A stretch of DNA of 64,000 nucleotides from an uncultured bacterium (lineage in GTDB: Bacteria; Macinerneyibacteriota; Macinerneyibacteria; Macinerneyibacteriales; DSCS01): contig CAZJQC010000008.1 of the NCBI GenBank assembly GCA_964548195.1, positions 131 through 64,130 on the forward strand, written 5' to 3'. The notes beneath the pieces are model-generated. The model ran no database searches and was not told where the DNA came from. It worked only from the letters and a program-made list of their open reading frames with translations. Each line of letters opens with the position of its first letter. Position 1 is the first letter of the stretch. Below, one piece after another: positions 32,209-41,083 of this stretch. Made by a program: the position numbers and the translations under genes.

Positions 32209-32591
32209 TATTCCTTCCTTTTCAAAATATCCGCCACGAAACGGTCCGTGTCGACGATAAACCTCTCATGCGTGCCCGATGCCAGACAAAGGCCGTTTTT
32301 AAAGGCCGAAAAATCGAACACAAGGTGGCGGCCGTTAAACGCGGAAAGAGTGGTGCTGACGGTGACCGTATCGCCTTTGAGCGCCGCGGCCAGATGTTTT
32401 ATGTTCATCCCGGTGCCCACGGTGCCTTCATTTTCATCAAGGAACCGCGCCACAGACTCGGCGGCGGTCCTTTCCACCAGCAGCACCAGCGAGGGGGTGG
32501 ACAACACCTCTACCTTTTTCAAATGGCCAGTGACAAGCTCGTCTGTGACCGTATAACTGCGTTCATGGCTGAGCGGGAAAATCTCTCTCAT
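32208..32591 (-). CDS. Hotdog-fold thioesterase-like protein
   Basis: The protein is small (127 aa) and its pattern is consistent with the 4HBT/hotdog fold. This is a low-specificity call. Confidence 0.5.
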   Translation of the reverse strand: MREIFPLSHERSYTVTDELVTGHLKKVEVLSTPSLVLLVERTAAESVARFLDENEGTVGTGMNIKHLAAALKGDTVTVSTTLSAFNGRHLVFDFSAFKNGLCLASGTHERFIVDTDRFVADILKRKE

Positions 32592-32601
32592 ATGCGCCCC
32601 C

Positions 32602-34206
32602 TTAATAGAAGAGATCTCTCAATATGCGGGCGATGCTTTCAGAAACGGCCCTGGGAAAATTCAGCATAAATGCATTCTTCAAAGCTTCCCTGAAATCCAT
32701 CATCTTCAGTTCCAGATCGTCCCGGGAAAACCCCGCCTCCGCGGAGAGCGACGAGATATATTCATCATAAGAGCTTTTGCTGATGGTGGATAATATTTTC
32801 AACGCGTCCCGCTCGTCCATTTTCAATATCTCTCTGAAAAAATCATCCCCGTATTCCATGACAAGCGAGAACACCGCCCCTATGATACGCTTGTCCTCCA
32901 TAAGCTCACGTTCCGAAGTCATCAGCGTCAGCCTTTCCATGGAATCGTAAAACAGGACGTATTTTGCAAGCAAATCACGGTTATATATTCTACGCTGCGA
33001 TAAAGAGGAAGATTCACGCATATATTCGCCATATCCCTCATAAAAATGTTGAGATATGCAGAATGCTATTCTTTTCAGGACATACTCGCTTGTGTTTTCC
33101 GAAAGCACGTGGTCAAGAAGCATCTCCATGTCTTTCAGGCCGGGAAAATCGAACAGGTTCGCCGCAAGGAAGACTTTTTTCTTTTTGTCCGGCTCTTCAA
33201 GGAAAGCCTCAAAGAGTATCTGATAATCCATCTTGTTGTTTTCAGTGTACACGGAGACGGACTGTACCTCGTCCAGCAACTCGGTGAACTCGGCCTCCCC
33301 GCGCAGATAATGGATGTATTTATCCTCCACGCGGGCAAGAGTGTCATTATAGACCATGACAAGTCTTCCGCCGGATATCACATAGTCCAGATTATATATA
33401 AACTCGGCCAGCCTGTATTCCCTGCCGTTTGAAAAAAATTCGTCGTCGTCTGAAATATTCCGGTCGGTCATGAGATAGTTCCGGCCGTCCTTCACCCCGG
33501 AAAACACCTTCAGCCCTTCAAGATGGCCGGGAGCGCCGCCGAATCGTCCGTCAAGAGGCCCTGTGGACCCGCTGACCTCATAGCCCCACACTTTTTCGGG
33601 TATGCCCGTCTTGCGGTACACATCGGAGGAATAGAACAGCTCAAGGGGATCGGGCGCGCCAGTCTCCCCTTTAAAATATGATTCCAGGCGGTATACCAGC
33701 CTTTCCCGGAGGGACTCCTCAAGGGTCACACGAAACCGCGCCTGTATCTCCATGCCCCTGGAATCCATGCTGAACGAGTTTATGACCATGCGGCCGCTTT
33801 CGGCAAGAGAAAGCAGAAGTGGCATATCCTCGTGAAAAGTCCTTTCCCCGTAAGCGAGCACGAATTTCTTTTGTGTGACAAGCCCGCCCTCTTCATTGTA
33901 GGCATATATTATAAAATGGACGGCTTCATGGCCGTAATATGCGATCTCGACCTTGGATAAGGTGTCTTCATCGGGTTCGCCGCTTCCCGCTTCCCGGAAA
34001 AAAAACTCGGGCTCTCCCGCCGTATTGACAGTGCCGAAAAAATATTGCCTCCGGTTCTCCCTGAAAAAGATCTCTATTTCATCGCGGTCAGGACAGACAT
34101 CCTCGCCGAAAAAACGTTCCACATCAAATCTTTTTGTCTTGTAATACTCCTGAGCCTTTAAAAAGTCCACTCTATTTCCCTTCGTCCGCGTCAAGGTACC
34201 AGTCAA
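32602..34206 (-). CDS. Hypothetical protein of 534 aa, acidic and aromatic-rich, with no recognisable domain
   Basis: The ORF is long and codon usage is consistent with neighbouring genes. It overlaps the stop of the upstream methyltransferase by 35 nt. Confidence 0.6.
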   Translation of the reverse strand: MTGTLTRTKGNRVDFLKAQEYYKTKRFDVERFFGEDVCPDRDEIEIFFRENRRQYFFGTVNTAGEPEFFFREAGSGEPDEDTLSKVEIAYYGHEAVHFIIYAYNEEGGLVTQKKFVLAYGERTFHEDMPLLLSLAESGRMVINSFSMDSRGMEIQARFRVTLEESLRERLVYRLESYFKGETGAPDPLELFYSSDVYRKTGIPEKVWGYEVSGSTGPLDGRFGGAPGHLEGLKVFSGVKDGRNYLMTDRNISDDDEFFSNGREYRLAEFIYNLDYVISGGRLVMVYNDTLARVEDKYIHYLRGEAEFTELLDEVQSVSVYTENNKMDYQILFEAFLEEPDKKKKVFLAANLFDFPGLKDMEMLLDHVLSENTSEYVLKRIAFCISQHFYEGYGEYMRESSSLSQRRIYNRDLLAKYVLFYDSMERLTLMTSERELMEDKRIIGAVFSLVMEYGDDFFREILKMDERDALKILSTISKSSYDEYISSLSAEAGFSRDDLELKMMDFREALKNAFMLNFPRAVSESIARILRDLFY

Positions 34207-34909
34207 ATTGTCTCAACATACCCCGTAGTATGCGTATGTCCCTTTCAGATGGAGCGGCGCGGTCAAGGAGGTCCTTGACCGAATACATCACGTGGTTCTG
34301 GCTTGACGAGTGGAAAAACCCTATTTTGCGCAGGGATGATTCCAGATGCCTTATATAATCGCCCTTTGAACGCACGTCGGCTGTTTTATAAGATGGCAGC
34401 GGCGGCACGTCATCCGGGTTGTGGCATTGAAAGATCTCATAACACATCAGCAGCACCGCCTGCGCCAGATTCAGTGAAGTAAGTCCGCTGGAAGCCGGGA
34501 TCGTGACTATTTCGTCGGCAAGGGCCACCTCATCGTTAAAAAGGCCCTTGTCTTCCCTGCCGAACATTATTCCGGTCTTTCCCGATGCGGCCCTTTTAAG
34601 TATGCCGGGCGCTATCCCCCTGGCCGTGGACCTGTAAGGGAATCCCTTTCTTTTTCTGGTGGTCGTGGCGGCAAGATAGGAGTAGTCGCCGACTGCCTCG
34701 TCGAGGCTGTCATACACTTTCGCGCGCTGCAGTATGTCATAAGCGCTCACCGACATCTTCACCGCTTCAAGAGAGAGATGGTCTTCACGCGGCGATACAA
34801 GTGAAAGATTGTGTATGCCCATGTTTTTCATGGCTCTCGCGGCAGACCCCATATTGCCCGCGTACAGGGGTTCTACAAGTATAATGTGTATGTTGTCAAG
34901 AAGGTTCAT
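34172..34909 (-). CDS. SpoU/TrmH-family RNA 2'-O-methyltransferase (TrmJ-like)
   Basis: The N-terminus is IILVEPLYAGNMGSAARAMKNMG. A C-terminal SPOUT knot region is present. Confidence 0.8.
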   Translation of the reverse strand: MNLLDNIHIILVEPLYAGNMGSAARAMKNMGIHNLSLVSPREDHLSLEAVKMSVSAYDILQRAKVYDSLDEAVGDYSYLAATTTRKRKGFPYRSTARGIAPGILKRAASGKTGIMFGREDKGLFNDEVALADEIVTIPASSGLTSLNLAQAVLLMCYEIFQCHNPDDVPPLPSYKTADVRSKGDYIRHLESSLRKIGFFHSSSQNHVMYSVKDLLDRAAPSERDIRILRGMLRQFDWYLDADEGK

Positions 34910-35108
34910 TTTTTTCTTCCGCGCTCCTAACGTAATCAGTGGTATAATAGCCGGATCCCTTAAAGATCACTCCGCCTCCGAATATTATACGCCTGACTTT
35001 CCCGGAACAAACGGGGCACACTGTGATCGGTTCATCCGATATTTTCTGTCTTATCTCCGTATCTTTTCCGCAGTCATCACAGTGATATACATATGTCGGC
35101 ATAGTCAT
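34896..35108 (-). CDS. FmdB-family zinc-ribbon protein
   Basis: The N-terminus is YVYHCDDCGK...CPVCSG. The length is 70 aa. Confidence 0.75.
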   Translation of the reverse strand: MTMPTYVYHCDDCGKDTEIRQKISDEPITVCPVCSGKVRRIIFGGGVIFKGSGYYTTDYVRSAEEKNEPS

Positions 35109-35117
35109 TCCTCCGGT

Positions 35118-36176
35118 TCAATCGCCTTTCAGCCGTATTTTCATCCTCTTGTTCTGAATGGCGATCGCGGCCTGCGATGCCAGCATGGACAAGAGTTCTT
35201 CGTCTTTTTCATTAAATTTAAATTTTTCGTCGCTGTCAACGGTAAGCACGCCGATGACGGTCTCATCTATTATCAGCGGCGCGGCCATTTCGGAGCAGAC
35301 CTCCTCATTGGATTTCACATATCTCGGGTCCATTCCCACATCGTCGACACGCTGTATTTTTCCGGTCTTGGCGGCCCATCCGCTGATGCCCTCGCCATAT
35401 TTAAGATGGGTGCTCCTGATCACATCCTCATCTATGCCCGCGGCCGCCTCAATATCAAAGGCCCCCGTATCCTCGTTGTATATCAGCAGCGCGCCGGAAC
35501 GGCCCTCTATAAGAGTCAGCCCCTCGCTGAGTATAAGCTTAAGCAGTTCCCCTATATCGGTCTTGCCGTTCATCTCGCCGGCGATCTTATAGATGGAACT
35601 CAGTTTCGCCTCCTTGTGGCGCATCGAATCCATGATACGGGCGTTCTGTATTACAATGGCCAGCGTTGAGACAAAGTTCTCAAGGTATCTGATGTCGTTC
35701 ACGCCGAAAGGGGTCTTGTCCCTTTTGGTGTCGAGCACAAGTATGCCCAGCACGGTGTTTCTGAATGTAAGAGGCGCCATAAGGAGGTACTCGGCCCCCT
35801 GTTTCCTGAACAGGTCGGGCACTCTCGCTTCACCCGTGACCGGCGTTATTATATAGTCCTTTTTTTCGGCGACCTCACGTATAAAATAGTTCTTTATGGA
35901 TATTTCCGCGCCCGGCGCCAATGAGTCGCTGATCATGCCGCTGCATGAAAAAAGGTTGAGGCGCGTCTGAGCGTCGTTAAACAGAAGCACATAGCTTCGT
36001 TCGACGTGTATCATGCTCAGAAGGGAACTGTTTATATAGTTCACCGTATCGTAAAAGCTTGAAAAGGAGCTGGTAAGCGCATTTGATATACTGTTCAGAA
36101 AATATATCATGTGCTTATCCTGCGCGGCATCGATCATGCAGCTTTTTCTTTCAAATATTTTCCTCAGCAACCTCAT
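35118..36176 (-). CDS. Tandem GAF-domain protein with no output domain
   Basis: There are two GAF-like segments. The first is ...LGILVLDT... and the second is ...IGVLTVDS.... Confidence 0.7.
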   Translation of the reverse strand: MRLLRKIFERKSCMIDAAQDKHMIYFLNSISNALTSSFSSFYDTVNYINSSLLSMIHVERSYVLLFNDAQTRLNLFSCSGMISDSLAPGAEISIKNYFIREVAEKKDYIITPVTGEARVPDLFRKQGAEYLLMAPLTFRNTVLGILVLDTKRDKTPFGVNDIRYLENFVSTLAIVIQNARIMDSMRHKEAKLSSIYKIAGEMNGKTDIGELLKLILSEGLTLIEGRSGALLIYNEDTGAFDIEAAAGIDEDVIRSTHLKYGEGISGWAAKTGKIQRVDDVGMDPRYVKSNEEVCSEMAAPLIIDETVIGVLTVDSDEKFKFNEKDEELLSMLASQAAIAIQNKRMKIRLKGD

Positions 36177-36184
36177 GTGACCTC

Positions 36185-36976
36185 CTATTCCGCCCTGAAC
36201 ACATCAAGGACATAGTGGGCATTAAAGGCAAATCCCTTTCCGGAAGAAAACAATACGCAGATACGGTCCGAAAAATATTCCACGTGGTCATGTACCGAAT
36301 AACCGTTGTCCGAGACGTATTTAAATAAAAAATAGAGAAAAAAACGCAACTCCGGAAAAGCGAGCCTGTTCACCCATTCATCCGACCGTTCGCGTTTAAA
36401 AAACTCATCCACCGAAAACGCATCCGTCTTAAAGGGTTTTCGCCCTCTGGTCTCGCTTTTCGGCCTCAGTCCGGCGACCATCGCATCCACTTCGCTGAAA
36501 TTGCCTTCACCCTCATGAAAGGAATAAAGTACCGCGCCCTTTTTCATCACCGATGAAAGGCTGTGCGAAATATCCCTGTTCGACTCAAAATCATTGTCAA
36601 ATGCAAGTATTATGTCAAACGGCTTCAGCAACGGAAGATTTTCCCCCGTGCTGAATATGATCGTGTTTTTCACATCGAATGTGGATCTGTAGTCCCGCTG
36701 AAACCGCTCCATCTCCCTATAGGACGAATGGAGATATATGTATGAGTTTGCGGGAAACCTGAGCATTATATCCGCTGCGTAGTCACATGGCGCTTTATAT
36801 ATGAGTATTCTCTTATCTTTGCCTTCATAAGTCAGTAATTCCCTTATGTTTCTGTGATAGAATACCTTAAAAAGATCTTTCTTGCCCACCGAGGGGGGGT
36901 AGCTCTTGACATTATTTCCCAGTCCGAACTCATTTATTACGGACAATATCTCATTCTGCACCGAAGCGCTGCTCAT
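36185..36976 (-). CDS. Hypothetical protein, possibly Rossmann-like
   Basis: I trimmed the start to MSSASV to avoid a 68-nt overlap with the upstream cyclophilin gene. No diagnostic motif is recognised. Confidence 0.45.
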   Translation of the reverse strand: MSSASVQNEILSVINEFGLGNNVKSYPPSVGKKDLFKVFYHRNIRELLTYEGKDKRILIYKAPCDYAADIMLRFPANSYIYLHSSYREMERFQRDYRSTFDVKNTIIFSTGENLPLLKPFDIILAFDNDFESNRDISHSLSSVMKKGAVLYSFHEGEGNFSEVDAMVAGLRPKSETRGRKPFKTDAFSVDEFFKRERSDEWVNRLAFPELRFFLYFLFKYVSDNGYSVHDHVEYFSDRICVLFSSGKGFAFNAHYVLDVFRAE

Positions 36977-36977
36977 C

Positions 36978-37562
36978 TCAGTCATCCTCTTCCCTCTCGA
37001 TCCTGACGGTGTGAATAATCGCATCTGTAAGCGGAAACGCCTCAAAAGGGCCGTTTCTTCCCACCCTCACATTCTCGATCTGTTTCAATGCCTCCCAGCC
37101 TGAGACGACTCTTCCAAAGACGGTATATGAATCCGGTTTGCTGCCCTCGCCCTTGTAATTCAGTTCCGTATTGGTCTTCATGTTTATAAAAAACTGTGAA
37201 GTCGCCGAATCCGGATCGCGGCCCACCCTTGCCATGGCCAGTGTCCCTTTTATGTTATACAGGCCGTTATCCGCCTCGCTTGCCACAGGCGTATAAGTCT
37301 TTACCGGAAGCAGCAGGCCTCCGGACATATAATATCCGCCGCTCTGTATGACGAACCCTCTTAATATACGGTGTATGAGGATACCGTCGTATAATCCCTC
37401 TTCGGCATATCTTACAAAGTTTGCCACGGTTGCCGGGGCGGCCTCATCGTACAGTATTATGCGAATATCGCCAAAATTCGTTTTTATGACCGCCTTCGTC
37501 CTGCCCCAGGCGACAAATGACATAAAGACCATGATCAAAAAAAGCGTCATCCCCCGTTTCAC
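36978..37562 (-). CDS. ppiA: Periplasmic cyclophilin-type peptidyl-prolyl cis-trans isomerase with signal peptide
   Basis: The N-terminal signal is MKRGMTLFLIMVFMSFVAWG. The cyclophilin motifs are HRILRGFVIQSGG and GTLAMARVGRDPDSATSQFFIN. Confidence 0.9.
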   Translation of the reverse strand: MKRGMTLFLIMVFMSFVAWGRTKAVIKTNFGDIRIILYDEAAPATVANFVRYAEEGLYDGILIHRILRGFVIQSGGYYMSGGLLLPVKTYTPVASEADNGLYNIKGTLAMARVGRDPDSATSQFFINMKTNTELNYKGEGSKPDSYTVFGRVVSGWEALKQIENVRVGRNGPFEAFPLTDAIIHTVRIEREEDD

Positions 37563-38725
37563 GGCCTCGCCTCTCTTTTGACGATGCTGCGCCCGTGTAC
37601 ATACGGCAGTCTGAATATCTTTTGTTTGTCCATATAATCGGGGAGCAGCAGATTTCTGCCGGCCAGATCGGACATCCTTATGGAGACGCTTGCCGAGTCA
37701 AGCGAAGTGGCTGATTTTATCGCGGCATCTCCGGCCGTTATATAGGGTTCTTCGGCGGCCCTTTTGAGTATGAAAAGTGATTTTGTGTCTACGCCGAGAG
37801 AGGGCCCTATGACATCCAGCACCCTGTCCACACCGGCTTTTTCATCCGAGCTGCTGAATACCCTGGTAAGTATATACATAAGCGTGCGCGGGTTGCCCTT
37901 GGATAAAGCGACGGAAAGGCGCGCGGCGGGATCATCCAGGTATTTACCGGGATCCCCCCCAAGCCTGTTCTCAAGCAGGTTCACAAACTCTTCGGGCGAA
38001 TAGGGCTTAAGCTCCACGATATCGTTGATAACGGACAATATCTGAGTCTTTGACTCGTCTTCTTCAAGGTCCGCGTAACTGACCGCGGCCGCTTCGGGAA
38101 GCGTCACCAGCCAGGATACTTTTTCCGTCAAAAAGAGATCGCTGACCTCCATAAAAAAGTCGACCATCCTGCGCACAGTGCCGTTTTTATCTTTGCCCGA
38201 AAGCCCTTTGTCCAGATCGTCGACTATCACAAGCGTGGGCCTGTCCATGTCTTTCAGTATGTTTTTGGATGCGTTTCTCATCTCATGCGTGGAGAGTATA
38301 TGGCGGTCCTTGCCGAAGCCTTTTTTAAGGACTGCCGCAAGCAGGTCAAGGGCCTTGCCTTCCTCGGCATGGCTTCTTGTGTTTCCGTTGACCAGAAAGC
38401 GGAACATGGTCTCCACTTCCTGGGTATATAAAAGCCTTTCGCGCAATCCGGGCGCCCCGCCGTCTCCGCTCGTAAGCTCATAAAGCATCCTTTTAAAAAA
38501 ATACGCATGGTCCGCGGCGGGTATCTTCAATGCTATCACGTTCATATCCTGCGCAAGGTCGCGGCTGACCCGGTTTACGAAGCTGCTTTTGCCCATGCCG
38601 GGAGAGGAGGCTATTCCGCAGTTCAGCCCCTTAAGAAGCAGGCGTTCGGTTATTTCAAGTTCACGCGTCCTGCCGACGAACAGTTCTTTTTCATCCGGGC
38701 CAAGCGGCGTGGTATATGTCTTCAT
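37559..38725 (-). CDS. P-loop NTPase (AAA+/ORC-like ATPase) of unknown function
   Basis: The Walker A motif is GIASSPGMGKSSFV. The Walker B motif is LVIVDDLD. I set the start at MKTYTT, 2 nt after the ispG stop. Confidence 0.65.
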   Translation of the reverse strand: MKTYTTPLGPDEKELFVGRTRELEITERLLLKGLNCGIASSPGMGKSSFVNRVSRDLAQDMNVIALKIPAADHAYFFKRMLYELTSGDGGAPGLRERLLYTQEVETMFRFLVNGNTRSHAEEGKALDLLAAVLKKGFGKDRHILSTHEMRNASKNILKDMDRPTLVIVDDLDKGLSGKDKNGTVRRMVDFFMEVSDLFLTEKVSWLVTLPEAAAVSYADLEEDESKTQILSVINDIVELKPYSPEEFVNLLENRLGGDPGKYLDDPAARLSVALSKGNPRTLMYILTRVFSSSDEKAGVDRVLDVIGPSLGVDTKSLFILKRAAEEPYITAGDAAIKSATSLDSASVSIRMSDLAGRNLLLPDYMDKQKIFRLPYVHGRSIVKREARP

Positions 38726-38726
38726 A

Positions 38727-39767
38727 TTATATCTCCGATTCCTCAATGGCCTTGAGAAGTCTCTCGACAAGCTCACTCTCAGGGTACTTGCCTATGATCC
38801 GGCCCGCTGCGAACACAAGCCCCTCGCCGCGCCCGCCGGCTATGCCGAAATCCGCGTCCGACGCTTCGCCGGGCCCGTTGACCGCGCACCCCATCACTGC
38901 AATGCGAATATTCTTTTTTATGCCGGATGCGCGCCTTTTGACTTCAGCTCCAAGCGCCATGACATCTATTTCGGTACGGCCGCATGTAGGGCAGGAGATG
39001 ACCGTGACCCCTCCGGGTCCCACGCCCAGCGTGTTCAATATCTCCCTGGCCACCTCGACCTCTTTCACGGGATCCGCCGTAAGCGACACCCTGACGGTGT
39101 CCGCGAGCCCCTCATCCAGAAGCCGCGTCAAACCGATAGCGGAACGCACCGTTCCGGTCACCAGGTCGCCGGCTTCCGTGATACCCGCATGCAGCGGATA
39201 ATCCCTGACGGAAGAAAACAGCCTGTAGCTGTCAAGTGTAAGCCCTATGTCCGAGGACTTCATCGACACCTTTATATTGTCAAAACCCATCTCCTCAAGT
39301 ATCTCTATGTGAGTCATCGCGGCGGCGACCATGTCTTCCGCCCCCAGGCCGCCGGGGCGTTCCTTCCTTATGGACCCCGCATTGACGCCGACCCTTATGG
39401 GTATTGATGCGTCGGCGCATCGTTCCACCACACGCTCTATGTCTTCCCTCTTTTTGATATTTCCGGGGTTCAGGCGCAATCCGTGCACGCCCGCGTCCAC
39501 CGCGGCCAGGGCAAGCCTGTGGTCAAAATGTATGTCGGCTATCAGCGGCATGCCCGCATCGCGCAGCAATGCGGGTATAGCCTCGGCCGATCTCATGTCC
39601 GGCACCGCTATACGCACGATATCGCATCCCGCTTCCCTGAGCCTTGCTATCTGGCGGGAGGAGGCCTCTATGTCCCAGGTCCTGGTATTAAGCATGGACT
39701 GTATGGATATGGGGTTATTCCCCCCCACAGGGACATCCCCGATGTGAACCACTTTACGGTCACGCAC
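38727..39767 (-). CDS. ispG: 4-hydroxy-3-methylbut-2-enyl diphosphate synthase
   Basis: The C-terminal Cys cluster is ISCPTCGRT. The length is 346 aa. Confidence 0.95.
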   Translation of the reverse strand: MRDRKVVHIGDVPVGGNNPISIQSMLNTRTWDIEASSRQIARLREAGCDIVRIAVPDMRSAEAIPALLRDAGMPLIADIHFDHRLALAAVDAGVHGLRLNPGNIKKREDIERVVERCADASIPIRVGVNAGSIRKERPGGLGAEDMVAAAMTHIEILEEMGFDNIKVSMKSSDIGLTLDSYRLFSSVRDYPLHAGITEAGDLVTGTVRSAIGLTRLLDEGLADTVRVSLTADPVKEVEVAREILNTLGVGPGGVTVISCPTCGRTEIDVMALGAEVKRRASGIKKNIRIAVMGCAVNGPGEASDADFGIAGGRGEGLVFAAGRIIGKYPESELVERLLKAIEESEI

Positions 39768-41083
39768 TAAAACACTCCTTTTATCAACCTTATGATGTCA
39801 TTATAGGTCGTAAGTATGAGAAGAAGTATCACAAAATACCAGCCGATGTTCATGATGACAGTCATCGTCTTTTTGCTTAACGGGCGTCTCATCGCCTTTT
39901 CAAGCCCGAGAAAGACGATCTGGCCTCCGTCCGCAATGGGTATGGGAAGCAGGTTCACTATGCCCAGGTTGATCGATATGAAAGCGACGAATTGAAGCAA
40001 TGCCGCCACGCCGAGTTCCGCGTATCTGGAGGTCATCTGCACTATGCCTATCGCGCCGCCCATCGACCGCACCGGTATTACCCTTGAAAAGAGCAGTTTA
40101 AGCACAAGAAGCATCTGGCCCACCATCTCAAACAGTTTTTTGAATGCCTTTGGCAGGGCTTTTAAAGGATTATACCTTACCAGTACGGTGTTTTCCGGAG
40201 GCGTCATATCTATGCCCATCACGAACCTTGAGTTTTCCTCGTCCCAGGCGGCCTCAAGAGCTATCTGCAAAGCCTCTTCGCCTCTGACCACGCCGAGCGT
40301 CACATCGCCCTCGCCCGGAGAAAGTCTTCCCATGTGATATACCAGTTCCTCGGCGCAGCTTATTTTATTTCCGTTTACAGATACGATCCTGTCGCCGGCC
40401 ATGAGTCCGCTCTTTTGAGCCGGGGAATCAGGAGCGACGGAACTGACCAGCGCCTTGTTTCCGGGCGCTATGCCAAGGTTGACCATGCCCGTAAACGGGT
40501 CGCGTTCCAGCCGGAACTCGCTCTCCGAGACCGTCCCTTCCGGGCCGGCCCATTCTATGACGGCTTTATTCTCCGAAAGTATTATCTTATTTAAAAACTG
40601 CGTCCAACCTTCCACCTTTTTGCCGTTCAGGGAGATGATGCGGGCACCGGCCGTGATGCCGGCGTCTTCGGCGGGACTGGCTTCCTGTACCCAGCCCACG
40701 AGCACATCCCCGTTGTCTGACGATTCACGCACTCCGATCATAAGCACCACCCATATGACCAGAAACGCAAGTATGAAGTTCATCAGAGGGCCTGCAAAGA
40801 CGACCTGAAAACGTTCCCACACGGTCTTCGAGGCGAATTCCTCAGGCTCGCCCTTGCGGTCGGCGATCTCTTCTCCCGCCATGGCGACGTATCCGCCGAA
40901 CGGGATGGCGGAGAACCTGTAATCAGTCCCCCCCTTGACAAAGCCCCACAGTCTGGGGCCGAATCCGATGGAGAAGGTATGCACCTTTATCCCCACCTTC
41001 TTTGCAAAAATAAAATGCCCCAGTTCATGAAAAAACACCACTATGCCCAATATAAACAACGCTACCAGAATATTCAAAATCAT
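39767..41083 (-). CDS. rseP: RIP site-2 metalloprotease
   Basis: The HEXXH motif is HELGHF. There are two PDZ domains. The LDG motif is present. Confidence 0.9.
   Translation of the reverse strand: MILNILVALFILGIVVFFHELGHFIFAKKVGIKVHTFSIGFGPRLWGFVKGGTDYRFSAIPFGGYVAMAGEEIADRKGEPEEFASKTVWERFQVVFAGPLMNFILAFLVIWVVLMIGVRESSDNGDVLVGWVQEASPAEDAGITAGARIISLNGKKVEGWTQFLNKIILSENKAVIEWAGPEGTVSESEFRLERDPFTGMVNLGIAPGNKALVSSVAPDSPAQKSGLMAGDRIVSVNGNKISCAEELVYHMGRLSPGEGDVTLGVVRGEEALQIALEAAWDEENSRFVMGIDMTPPENTVLVRYNPLKALPKAFKKLFEMVGQMLLVLKLLFSRVIPVRSMGGAIGIVQMTSRYAELGVAALLQFVAFISINLGIVNLLPIPIADGGQIVFLGLEKAMRRPLSKKTMTVIMNIGWYFVILLLILTTYNDIIRLIKGVF

Noticed and set aside
38589-39407. 272-aa plus-strand ORF antisense to ispG, and similar long antisense ORFs in dxr, the ABC genes and the MATE genes
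   Set aside because: Each overlaps a highly conserved, motif-bearing housekeeping gene on the other strand.
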